A stretch of 54,960 bases of DNA from Pseudomonadota bacterium (GTDB lineage: Bacteria > Desulfobacterota > S145-22): contig WGDA01000065.1 of assembly GCA_015493505.1 (NCBI GenBank), positions 1-54,960 of the forward strand, given 5' to 3'. The translations under genes were made by a program, and so were the position numbers. Of the stretch, positions 39,319-47,888 are shown one piece after another. The first letter of the stretch is position 1. Every line of letters begins with the position of its first letter. The notes under the pieces are model-generated. The model was not told the origin of the DNA and did no database searches. It worked only from the letters and a program-made list of their open reading frames with translations.

Positions 39319-41211
39319 TTAGATACCGAGCCCTTTTCGTTTTTTCTCAATGACCTCTTCCAGAATGTCCGCCGCCTTGACGGGATCGGGTTCCACGGCA
39401 AAGGCGGCGTTGATGAGCCCGTTGAGCCCTTCCGTGAGCAGGTTGATGACATTCGGACTGCCGAAAATCTTGGGTGGCACATCCAGGACCGTGAAGACTC
39501 CGGAGGCCACAAAGTAGGCGCCGATGGAGATGGCTTTCTGGGAATACCATTCGGGCGCGGCGCCACCCAGGGGCAGGTCTTCAATCCCGACGTTCAGCTC
39601 CTTGGCGATATTGGCCGCCAGAACGAGGATGCGGGAGCAGTCCACGCAGGAACCCATGTGAAGAATCGGTGGAATCTTCAGGGCTTCGCAGACGGAGCGC
39701 AGCCCATCTCCCGCCAGGCTGGCCGCTTCCGGCACCAGCAGGCCCGCCTTGCCGCTGGCGATGGCGGCGCATCCGGTTTCCACCACCAGGATGTCCCGTT
39801 TGATCAGTTCCTTCCCCAGGGTGATGTGCCCGTAATCCTGCTTGACTTTGGGATTGTTACACCCCACGATTCCGACGGCCCCCCGAATCTTCCCGGCGAC
39901 GATGGCGTCGATGAGAGGTTTGTAGGAACCGCCCAGCGCCCCCCGGATGGCCTCTTCGGAGAAGCCCGCCATCATCTTCATGGGTTTGTCGGGGATTCTT
40001 ACCCGGTCGGGGTTCCGGTTGGGATAGTTTTCGATGGCCAACTTCACGATTTCCTTGGCGGTGTCCAGGGCGTTTTCAGGGTGGAACTCCATGTGGGTCG
40101 CGCCCGGAACCTTGGACAGCGCGCTCGTGGAGACCACCTTTGTGTGGTAACACTTTGCCGTGTCAGTGATGGACGGAAAGATACACTGATAGTCGATGAC
40201 CATCACCTCGACGCTGCCCGTCGCGATGGCCAGTTCCTGATCCAGCTCGTTCCCGGCAATGGGGATGCCGTGCCGCATGAGAAGCTCATTTCCCGTGCAG
40301 CACATCCCGACCAGGTTGATGCCCTTCGCTCCCTTTTCCTTCGCCAGCTTTTTCAGGTCGGGATCGTCGGCCGCGATAACCACCATCTCCGAGAGGATGG
40401 GGTTGTGGCCATGCATCACGATGTTGACCTCGTCCTTTTTGAGGACTCCGAGATTGGCCAGTGCCGTGTTGGGAGTGGGGGTGCCAAAGAGGATGTCCGA
40501 CCCCTCGGTGGCCATCATGGATCCTCCCCAGCCATCCGAAAGGGACGCCCTCAGGGCATGGAGCAGGATGTTGGCGTAATCCGCCCCAACCCCCATGTGC
40601 ACCCGGTGCATCGCTTCGACAATCTCACGATCCACGCTTCGAGGGACGATTCCCAGCTTTTTCCACATCTCCTGGGTCTTGGCTGGGGCCCGCCTGGAGA
40701 GCTGAATCTCGTTTTTAATGGTGCCAAACTCCTCCAGCATGGCCAGGGCGAGGGCCTTTGCCATCTCTTCCTTGCTTTTGCCTTCCGTTTCTATCCCGTA
40801 TTCCGTCGCCACGGTTTTCAGCTTTTCGGCATCCAGAATCTGATACCCCTGAGATTTCCCTTCCGCCGTCTCCAGAAGGACCTGGATAACCTCTCGGCCA
40901 TGATCTGAATGGGCGGCCGCGCCCGTGGCCAGGTCATCCAGCAGGTTTCGGGCGGTGATCAGATCGTTGGTGGCGCCACAGACGCCCCGTTTTGGCTCCC
41001 CTCCGAAGGGGTCGATCCGGCATGGCCCCATGACGCATCGGTTGCAGCAGATGCCCAATTGCCCGAATCCGCACTGAGGCTGCTGTTTCCTCAGCCGGTC
41101 CCAGGCGGTTTCGATGCCGTCTTCCATGGCCTTTTGCACGATCTCCTGATCGGTTTTGTCCAGGCATCTTTTCTCGGCCTCTTCATTGAGAACTTTTGGA
41201 TCAATATACAT
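39319..41211 (-). CDS. cooS: Anaerobic [NiFe] carbon monoxide dehydrogenase catalytic subunit
   Basis: D/B cluster QCGFGQLGICCNRCVMGPC...VCG; AHSDH; C-cluster ligands HGHNP, GMCCTGNE, DYQC, VGCNNPK, TGCA, GSCVDC; SQKA. Confidence 0.96.
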   Translation of the reverse strand: MYIDPKVLNEEAEKRCLDKTDQEIVQKAMEDGIETAWDRLRKQQPQCGFGQLGICCNRCVMGPCRIDPFGGEPKRGVCGATNDLITARNLLDDLATGAAAHSDHGREVIQVLLETAEGKSQGYQILDAEKLKTVATEYGIETEGKSKEEMAKALALAMLEEFGTIKNEIQLSRRAPAKTQEMWKKLGIVPRSVDREIVEAMHRVHMGVGADYANILLHALRASLSDGWGGSMMATEGSDILFGTPTPNTALANLGVLKKDEVNIVMHGHNPILSEMVVIAADDPDLKKLAKEKGAKGINLVGMCCTGNELLMRHGIPIAGNELDQELAIATGSVEVMVIDYQCIFPSITDTAKCYHTKVVSTSALSKVPGATHMEFHPENALDTAKEIVKLAIENYPNRNPDRVRIPDKPMKMMAGFSEEAIRGALGGSYKPLIDAIVAGKIRGAVGIVGCNNPKVKQDYGHITLGKELIKRDILVVETGCAAIASGKAGLLVPEAASLAGDGLRSVCEALKIPPILHMGSCVDCSRILVLAANIAKELNVGIEDLPLGGAAPEWYSQKAISIGAYFVASGVFTVLDVPPKIFGSPNVINLLTEGLNGLINAAFAVEPDPVKAADILEEVIEKKRKGLGI

Positions 41212-41235
41212 GGCTTCCCTCCTTTCGTAGGGGTC

Positions 41236-41853
41236 TTAATCCCTGAATATGCCGATGTCGGCGATTGATTTCATGATATCCCGGTAGGCCTGGATGTTGG
41301 GCGGGACCTCAGGCACCTCTACCTCCGCCCCGGAGGGCCGCAGGATCTTGAAGGTAAAATCCTTTCGATTCGTTCGAATGAGGTCATTCACGTCACCAAA
41401 CTCCAGGGCGCCGGTTTTGCACGCCTCCACGCAGGCCGGGATTCTTCCCGTCCTTTGCCGGTCGATGCAATGGTCGCATTTTGTGTTCACGTTCCGGTCG
41501 AGGGCGATCTGGTAAGTTTTGTCGAACTGGATGATCCCGAAGGGGCAGACCATGGCGCAGGCCGCGCACGCGATGCATTTCGCGTAATCCACGATGACAG
41601 AATCCGTTTCCGCGTCACGTTGCAGCGCGCCCGTTGGGCAGACCTGCAGGCAGGGAGCGGGGTCGCAATGGCGGCACCGGTTGGGGAAGGTCAAAAGGCC
41701 CGGCCCCACCTCCACGTGAATCCTCGGCTTCGGGATAGGGTCTTCCGAGACCGCCCCGAAAAGTGTTTTATTCTGAGAGTGTTCGATGGCGCACGCCACT
41801 TCACAGTGCCGGCAGCCGATACATCTTTCCGGCTTGACCATAACGGTGTTCAT
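41236..41853 (-). CDS. cooF: CooF-like 4x[4Fe-4S] electron-transfer protein
   Basis: CIGCRHCEVAC, CRHCDPAPCLQVCP, CIACAACAMVCP, KCDHC...PACVEAC; GGAGGTG RBS before ATG 41853. Confidence 0.9.
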   Translation of the reverse strand: MNTVMVKPERCIGCRHCEVACAIEHSQNKTLFGAVSEDPIPKPRIHVEVGPGLLTFPNRCRHCDPAPCLQVCPTGALQRDAETDSVIVDYAKCIACAACAMVCPFGIIQFDKTYQIALDRNVNTKCDHCIDRQRTGRIPACVEACKTGALEFGDVNDLIRTNRKDFTFKILRPSGAEVEVPEVPPNIQAYRDIMKSIADIGIFRD

Positions 41854-42018
41854 GATGTCACCTCCTTTTTTTACAAAGATAAGGTTTAACCGGGTGCCAC
41901 GGGGAGCCGTTTCCATATTCATAAAGGTTCAACAGGGTATTCTCCTTCACACCTTTATCCGGATGTGGCACATATTCCCCTCACAAAAACGAATTGTTCG
42001 GACTCAAAACAAAACTGT

Positions 42019-42024
42019 ATTATA
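42019..42024 (-). promoter_or_regulatory. -10 box of the coo operon (no recognisable -35; activator-dependent?)
   Basis: Perfect TATAAT on the minus strand; the expected -35 position reads TTTTTT. Confidence 0.45.
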
Positions 42025-42126
42025 TATGACATAACAGCCACAAAAAAACAATTATTTTTTTATGAAATAGGGCTTTTTCTTTGTAGGCGGTGCTATTTCG
42101 GAGTAAAGCACATCCTGGGGGTCGGC

Positions 42127-42828
42127 TTACTTTATTCCGAGCAGCCGGAGAAATTCTTTCGCTTTATTGCGGCTGACAGGCAGTTTTTTTGTGCTTCCCT
42201 GAACGCTCACAAAGACGGTCCCCGCGTCCTTGTGGACTTTGTTGATTTTCGACAGGTTGACTACATAGCTCCGGTGGATTCTGAAAAAATATCTGTGCGG
42301 GAGGCGGTCATACAGATTCCCGAGGGAAAGGCCGGAGAAATAGTTTTTTGAATGGGTATAAACCCTGCTGTAAACATTGTCTGCCTCTATGTAAACGACA
42401 TCTTTCAGGTCGATAAGCTTGATGTCGTTTTTGACGCCAATGGGAATCTTCATCAGGTGCATCGTGTTGTCAGAAATGAAAGGCGTGATGTCGTACATGA
42501 GCGCGCAACATAGCGATTCCTCCATTTCCGGAGACAGGAGGGAAATCAGTTTCATGAACAGATATCGAACACGCTGATCTTTGGAAAGAATTTTGATGGA
42601 GAAGGGAATCTGTCGTTTCGCCGTACTGAGGAGGCTGAGTATGCGGGTGATCTTTTCCGATGAGGGGGCCTGGTGCAGATCCATGAGGGATCCGCTGAAA
42701 ATCTCTTCGGGTGAGAATTCAGCAAAAATCGTCAGGATGACCCGGTTGATATAGTGGACCTTGAAGTCCTTGCCAAAGATGACAATGCCCGGGTCCAGCG
42801 TGTTCAATAAAGAGACGAGGTCATCCAT
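42127..42828 (-). CDS. PAS-LytTR transcriptional regulator, RcoM-like putative CO sensor
   Basis: N-terminal PAS (LDPGIVIF, INR, LMDLHQ); LytTR motifs VYIEADNVYS, FFRIHRSYVVNL, LPVSR; directly upstream of cooF-cooS. Confidence 0.85.
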   Translation of the reverse strand: MDDLVSLLNTLDPGIVIFGKDFKVHYINRVILTIFAEFSPEEIFSGSLMDLHQAPSSEKITRILSLLSTAKRQIPFSIKILSKDQRVRYLFMKLISLLSPEMEESLCCALMYDITPFISDNTMHLMKIPIGVKNDIKLIDLKDVVYIEADNVYSRVYTHSKNYFSGLSLGNLYDRLPHRYFFRIHRSYVVNLSKINKVHKDAGTVFVSVQGSTKKLPVSRNKAKEFLRLLGIK

Positions 42829-42840
42829 GATTGTTTCATC

Positions 42841-42868
42841 CTTATAAAAAAGCGGCGCGGGATGTCAA
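42841..42868 (-). promoter_or_regulatory. Sigma70 promoter of the PAS-LytTR gene
   Basis: TTGACA-N16-TATAAG, 12 nt upstream of the ATG. Confidence 0.5.
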
Positions 42869-42893
42869 GGAGGGGGACAGAGGACCGGGAGAA

Positions 42894-43183
42894 AAGTGAA
42901 TAGTGAAAAGTAAAAACTCAAAGGGATGGTCGAAGGCAGATTTCACCGGGGTAGAAGGAAAGGACTGAGAAACGGGGACTGAGGACTGCGTAAAACATGA
43001 ATTTCACACAAAGCCCCGGCACTAAAACCGATTACAAAATTGGTTAATATTATTGATTTTCTTTGCGTCTTAGCGCCTTCGCGTGAGGTAAGGAATGCGG
43101 TGCGAAGTCATCTATGGCTAAAACAACGGGACGAGGCACGCAGAGAGACAGAAAAAAAGGATGTCCTCACGTCTCACGTCCCC
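42894..43183. repeat. Cluster of short imperfect 7-8 nt tandem repeats of four different units
   Basis: AAGTGAA/TAGTGAA/AAGTAAA (42894-42914); GGACTGA-type units (42962-42989); CTTTGCGT/CTTAGCGC/CTTCGCGT (43061-43084); CTCACGT x2 (43166-43179). Confidence 0.7.
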
Positions 43184-43246
43184 CATCCCCGCCCGCGGCC
43201 CAGGGCTTCCCTAAGTCCAACCGTGTGTCTTGGGAAGGGGCATTCG

Positions 43247-43275
43247 TTGACTTTAAGGCTAAAATCTGCCATCCT
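43247..43275 (+). promoter_or_regulatory. Sigma70 promoter of tRNA-Sec
   Basis: TTGACT-N17-CATCCT with extended TG; predicted start site falls about 1 nt before the tRNA 5' end. Confidence 0.6.
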
Positions 43276-43282
43276 TACGAAC

Positions 43283-43378
43283 GGAAGTGGTTAGGTCACT
43301 GGTGGGCCTCCTGGACTTCAAATCCAGTGGTCCCGTGAAGAGCGGGACGGCGGGTTCGATTCCCGTCCACTTCCGCCA
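43283..43378 (+). tRNA. selC: tRNA-Sec (UCA)
   Basis: 8-bp acceptor stem GGAAGTGG/CCACTTCC, anticodon loop CT-TCA-AA, long variable arm (GTCCCG-TGAAGAG-CGGGAC), GGTTCGATTCC T-arm, G-CCA end; 96 nt. Confidence 0.95.
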
Positions 43379-43404
43379 ACCCGTTTTTTTTAAAGGAGGT
43401 CGTC

Positions 43405-43623
43405 ATGATTGGTGGAATCGGCGTAACGGAGCTTATTATTATTCTTGTGATTGTCATCATAATATTTGGAGCGAGACGGCTGCCGGAACTTGGAAGTGGC
43501 ATCGGCAAGGCTATTAAAAATTTCAAGAAGGCTACTTCTGGACAGGATGAAATTGACGTGACCCCTAAAGTCAAAAAAGACGAAAAAAATGATGATAGTA
43601 CAACGAACAATCCTACCTCTTAA
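43405..43623 (+). CDS. tatA: Twin-arginine translocase TatA/E
   Basis: [29 protein letters not shown]; AGGAGG RBS. Confidence 0.94.
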   Translation: MIGGIGVTELIIILVIVIIIFGARRLPELGSGIGKAIKNFKKATSGQDEIDVTPKVKKDEKNDDSTTNNPTS

Positions 43624-43641
43624 CCATTCGGGAAACCTTTT

Positions 43642-44154
43642 TTGGGGAAAATATTCCATAAAACTTTAATTGGGATGGGTTCAAACGTAGGGGACAGGGT
43701 GGCAATGTGCTGTGCCGCCATTGAACGCCTGAGAGTACATCCGTCGATTGAAGATGTCAGGACGTCACCGTTTTATGAAACGGCCCCGGTTGGCGTGACG
43801 GAACAGCCTCCCTTTCTCAACCTGGCAATTGAAGCCCGAACGACACTTTCTCCAACGGATCTCCTTGCGACACTCAAAAATTTGGAACAGGAGCTCGGAA
43901 GGGTGAGGCGATTTCGCTGGGGTCCCCGGGAGATCGATCTGGATATCCTGCTTTATGATTCACTGATCTTGTCGACCGATCGCTTGACAATCCCCCATCC
44001 GGAAATGCATAAACGGGCTTTTGTGCTGGTCCCCGCGTGCGATATCGCGGCAGACTGGCCACACCCCGTTCTCCAGAAGCCTTTGGATGCCCTTTTAAAC
44101 GCTGTATCCCTTGAAGAGGTGACGCCTTACCGGGGGCCTGTTCCATGCGTTTGA
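43642..44154 (+). CDS. folK: 2-amino-4-hydroxy-6-hydroxymethyldihydropteridine diphosphokinase
   Basis: GMGSNVGD, YETAP, FLN, RWGPREIDLDILLY, IPHP, RAFVLVP. Confidence 0.95.
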   Translation: MGKIFHKTLIGMGSNVGDRVAMCCAAIERLRVHPSIEDVRTSPFYETAPVGVTEQPPFLNLAIEARTTLSPTDLLATLKNLEQELGRVRRFRWGPREIDLDILLYDSLILSTDRLTIPHPEMHKRAFVLVPACDIAADWPHPVLQKPLDALLNAVSLEEVTPYRGPVPCV

Positions 44155-44411
44155 TTCTCTACGCGATTCTGGCATTTGTGATTTATTACTTGTTCAAAGG
44201 GCTTTCTGGGAAAGGAACACAGATGCCTCGAAGGAGGAGCGAACAGCCTCCAGAGGCGGGAAAAGAGCTGAAAATGGACCCTGTATGCGGAACTTATATT
44301 CCGGAGGACACGCCATATCGCTTGAGACATAAGGGCACGACCCATTATTTTTGTAGCGAAGAATGCCTGAAGACTTACAAAAAACAGATTGCCGAGGGAA
44401 AGACGGAGTAA
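44145..44411 (+). CDS. Small membrane-anchored YHS/TRASH-domain protein
   Basis: N-terminal TM helix; DPVCGTYIP...YFCSEEC. Confidence 0.85.
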   Translation: MRLILYAILAFVIYYLFKGLSGKGTQMPRRRSEQPPEAGKELKMDPVCGTYIPEDTPYRLRHKGTTHYFCSEECLKTYKKQIAEGKTE

Positions 44412-44443
44412 TAACGGCGATGCTAAAAAGACGGGAGGGATAG

Positions 44444-45088
44444 ATGAAGTTCTTTATTGACACGGCAAATATCGAGGAGATCAAAAAGGCGAACAGCATG
44501 GGACTGGTTGATGGCGTGACCACAAACCCCACCCTGGTGTCGCGGGAGGGGCGACCATTTCTGGATGTCATTCGCGATATTTGTGAAGTGGTGGATGGCC
44601 CCGTCAGTGTGGAAGCCGTTTCCATGACCGCCGATGAGTTGATCCCGGAGGCGCGGAAGCTTGCCCGGATCCATCAGAACGTGGTGGTCAAGATTCCCAT
44701 GACCCTGGAAGGCCTGATCGCGGTGCGGCAACTGGAGCAGGAAGGGGTGAAGACGAATGTGACCCTTGTCTTTTCGCCAAACCAGGCCCTGCTTGCCATG
44801 AAGGCGGGGGCTTCATATATCAGCCCGTTTGTGGGGCGGCTGGACGACGTGGCCCACGAAGGGATGGATATGGTGGCGGATTGCCTGGAAGTCATTGAAA
44901 ATTATGGCTTTACCTCCGAAATCATCGTCGCGAGTATCCGACACCCCCTGCATGTCCTGACGGCCGCGCGGATGGGCGCGCACATTGCCACCATTCCCTA
45001 CAAGGTCATGGTGCAGCTCTCAAAGCACCCCCTGACGGATGTGGGCATTGAACGGTTCCTGAGTGACTGGGAAAAGGTGCCGAAATGA
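44444..45088 (+). CDS. tal: Transaldolase / fructose-6-phosphate aldolase (TalC family)
   Basis: [41 protein letters not shown]. Confidence 0.92.
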   Translation: MKFFIDTANIEEIKKANSMGLVDGVTTNPTLVSREGRPFLDVIRDICEVVDGPVSVEAVSMTADELIPEARKLARIHQNVVVKIPMTLEGLIAVRQLEQEGVKTNVTLVFSPNQALLAMKAGASYISPFVGRLDDVAHEGMDMVADCLEVIENYGFTSEIIVASIRHPLHVLTAARMGAHIATIPYKVMVQLSKHPLTDVGIERFLSDWEKVPK

Positions 45089-45373
45089 GGTATGACCGTT
45101 TGTATCGCCATCCGAAATTTTTCACGAAATCACCAGAAGCGTAAAGGCGCTGGCGTGGCAGGGTCAGCCCCCTCTTTTTGGCGCCGTGACCCGGAAGGAT
45201 ACCTGACGGGGATGGCAACACGTGTGAAACACCCCTGACGCGAAATCACTTGTGTCACGTTTTCGTGTTTCTGGATTGTGCCGGAGAACGTGGTGAAGAG
45301 GAAGGGAGGATTCTTGTTGGTTCATGCCGGTTTCAGGGGAATGAACAGGTTTTTTGATTGAAATGGGGGGAGC

Positions 45374-46492
45374 ATGGCCGGCCAAAGAGGGGTCCTTGTT
45401 CCGTTAAAGGCATTTGCCCTCAGCCGCGGGGCGCTGTTTGTGTTCGCGTGGGTTACCCTTGCACTTTTCCCCATCAAAAGCGGTAAGCGATACTGGCGCG
45501 CCTTTCCCCATAACACCGCGCTGGATGGATGGGCGCGGTTCGATTCAGGGTGGTATGCAAGAATCGCAAAGTATGGGTATCAGAATATCCCGATGGGAGA
45601 TGGGCAGGATACGAATTTTTTCCCCATGTATCCATTGGTGATCCGGACGGTCGGGAAAATAGTGGGAAATATTTACCTCGCCGGGATCATCGTTTCAAAC
45701 GCCGCTTTTTTGCTTGCCCTGATTGGCTTGCATGGGCTGGTTGTCAAAAGGTATGGTCCGGCGCTCGCGAAAAGAACGGTGACCCTTCTGGCCTTCAACC
45801 CCTTTTCCTTCTTTTACAGCGCCGTTTACGCGGAGGCGCTGTTCCTGTTCTTTCTCGTTTACGCGTTCTATCTCTGTGAAAACCGGAGGTATTTTCTCGC
45901 GGGGGTTTCCGCCGCCTGCGCGGGAGCGACCAGGAATCTCGGCGTCTTTGCCTTTGTGGGGCTGGGATTGTTGGCTCTAAGGCAAAGGGAGAATGCCCCA
46001 CGACGCCTGGAGGCCAGGGCGCTTTGGCTGCTTCTTGCCGCGGTGGGGCCCCTGGCGTACAGTGTTTTTTTGTGGATTCGGTTCAACGACCCGCTCCTTT
46101 TTCTCCACGCGCAGCGGGCATGGGGCACGTTTAGCCCGTTGGGAAATTTAACCCATATCTTCAACACGTTTCATACCAATCGATTTCTGGCATTGGGACG
46201 CCTGGCGCTGTTTCTGTTACACGCGGGGGTCGGGATTTTTTCTATTCTGCTGGTACTGAAAGTGGGGAAGTTTTTGAAAATGCCCTATGTGATTTTCTCT
46301 CTTTTACTTATCCTCCCCGGCTTTTTGAGGCTCACAAGCCTGGGGCGGTACGTAATGGTGGTGTTTCCGGTCTTCATCGCGCTTGCGATGGTGACTGACA
46401 AAAGATGGGTGTACAGAGGGGCTCTCGCCGTGGAAGGCTGTCTGCTCCTCCTGCTCTCTTTAATGTTTACCCACTGGTACTGGGTGGCGTAG
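45374..46492 (+). CDS. GT-C membrane glycosyltransferase (PIG-V-like mannosyltransferase)
   Basis: RFDSGWY..IA..GY, FFPMYP, YAEALF, QRAW; multiple TM segments. Confidence 0.8.
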   Translation: MAGQRGVLVPLKAFALSRGALFVFAWVTLALFPIKSGKRYWRAFPHNTALDGWARFDSGWYARIAKYGYQNIPMGDGQDTNFFPMYPLVIRTVGKIVGNIYLAGIIVSNAAFLLALIGLHGLVVKRYGPALAKRTVTLLAFNPFSFFYSAVYAEALFLFFLVYAFYLCENRRYFLAGVSAACAGATRNLGVFAFVGLGLLALRQRENAPRRLEARALWLLLAAVGPLAYSVFLWIRFNDPLLFLHAQRAWGTFSPLGNLTHIFNTFHTNRFLALGRLALFLLHAGVGIFSILLVLKVGKFLKMPYVIFSLLLILPGFLRLTSLGRYVMVVFPVFIALAMVTDKRWVYRGALAVEGCLLLLLSLMFTHWYWVA

Positions 46493-47723
46493 GGATTGTG
46501 AGGGTGTTATCCATAGTCAACTCACGTCCGGTTTCCCGTCGGTAGATTTGGGCGATAAGGTTTGTGTCGATGGCCTCCGCGTCTATCTTGATGACCTTCA
46601 CATTCTGGCTGCTGAGGACATATTCCGGCCCTTTCCCGTGAAAGGGTTCACGTGTCAGAACCACGTCAACCCCTTTCGAAGTCAGGTGTTCGGCAACCCT
46701 GATTCCCTTTCCTCGCTCCAGATGGGTAAAGGGATTGGGCGTGGTTTCCATCCGAAGTATCCGGTTGTTCCCGCGATGGATCTCTATCCATCCGATATAC
46801 GGGGCTTCCCCAAAGTGCTCAGAGACACGCCAGTGAGAGTCATCTGTAAGCATGGCTGCAATTGCAAAGGTTTCCTTGACCGTTGGCTCGTAATGCAGGA
46901 CAATCCGGTCGGCCTGCGGAACCTGTGAGCGGACCTTTTCAGTAATTTCCTCGATAATTCGATGCGCGTGGGCAAAATCTTTCGCGTTCACGATTAGCGT
47001 CCCCTCGATAAAGGTAAAACTGCCGGAGTTTCTCCCAATGATTTCACGGATGTCCGTGATAGCGGGATGCGCGGAGATAATCTCCCGGATACGGGTCAGG
47101 GTTTGGGCATCGATAGAGGCATCCAGCAGCACGCGGACGGATTCGAGGAGGATGTCCCAACCCGCTTTCAGGATGAAGGCAATGACGATAACGGTGGCGG
47201 CTTTCTCCGCGGGAAAATCGAACAGAGAACCAACCAGCCCCAGGAAAACAACGGCGGACACGACGGCGTCCATGCGGATATGCCGGCCGTCCGCCTTCAG
47301 AGCGGGAGAGTTTTCTATTTTTCCCATTTTAATCTCGTAAGTGGAGAAAAGATAGGATGAACACGCGGCAATTCCCGCTGAGGCCATGGCTATGTAGGGA
47401 TGGGTAAGGTGAAAATACCTGCGTTCAAAGAAGATTTCTCGAAAAATCTCGTATCCCGTTAAAAAAATGATGAAAGAAATGCCCACGGCGATGAGGTTTT
47501 CAACCTTGTACAGGCCAAACGGGAAGTTTTGTGATTTGCGGTTGGATATTTTGACTCCGATTAAAAGCGCGATGGAGGAAACGATATCCGTGGAAGAGTG
47601 AATGGCGTCAGCGATCAGCGCGATACTCCCTGAAAGAAGTCCCATTCCCAGTTTCAGGATGAAAAGAAAACTGTTCAGAACGATGGAAAGCGTGGCAACC
47701 TTTGTTTTCGCTGAAAACTTCAT
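46467..47723 (-). CDS. Cation diffusion facilitator with C-terminal NifB/NifX-like domain
   Basis: ADAIHSSTD and ADGRHIRMD metal sites, GLYKVE, CDF dimerisation domain, then EHFGEAPY...GKGPEYVL. Start set to ATG 47723. Confidence 0.88.
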   Translation of the reverse strand: MKFSAKTKVATLSIVLNSFLFILKLGMGLLSGSIALIADAIHSSTDIVSSIALLIGVKISNRKSQNFPFGLYKVENLIAVGISFIIFLTGYEIFREIFFERRYFHLTHPYIAMASAGIAACSSYLFSTYEIKMGKIENSPALKADGRHIRMDAVVSAVVFLGLVGSLFDFPAEKAATVIVIAFILKAGWDILLESVRVLLDASIDAQTLTRIREIISAHPAITDIREIIGRNSGSFTFIEGTLIVNAKDFAHAHRIIEEITEKVRSQVPQADRIVLHYEPTVKETFAIAAMLTDDSHWRVSEHFGEAPYIGWIEIHRGNNRILRMETTPNPFTHLERGKGIRVAEHLTSKGVDVVLTREPFHGKGPEYVLSSQNVKVIKIDAEAIDTNLIAQIYRRETGRELTMDNTLTIPTPPSTSG

Positions 47724-47828
47724 CCGGAAGATCCTAAGCGTCGTTTTTAATGTGACACAATAACATTGTCCGAGCGCAAAATTAAGCTGTCGTTTTGCAA
47801 CTCCTAGAAATAAATATTTACAACTTAC

Positions 47829-47857
47829 TTGACAATAACCATATACCATATTATATT
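47829..47857 (+). promoter_or_regulatory. Sigma70 promoter of the MerR-NifX-MinD operon
   Basis: TTGACA-N17-TATATT. Confidence 0.65.
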
Positions 47858-47888
47858 TGAAAAAAGCAAGAGAGTGGTGGATGAAATA

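Noticed and set aside
39073-40908. 611-aa plus-strand ORF, and similar long antisense ORFs (8170-9183, 26386-27573, 32502-34034, 3623-4534)
   Set aside because: They shadow well-supported genes on the opposite strand, lack recognisable motifs, and are expected from GC-rich codon usage.
41854-42126. RcoM-type TTnnnG direct repeats at 21-bp spacing
   Set aside because: No convincing triplet in register; matches are explained by the T/A-rich background.
43283-43404. Genomic island integrated at tRNA-Sec
   Set aside because: No integrase, and no duplicated tRNA 3' end is visible; tatA follows immediately.
45092-45238. 48-codon ORF after transaldolase
   Set aside because: No properly spaced RBS and no recognisable features.
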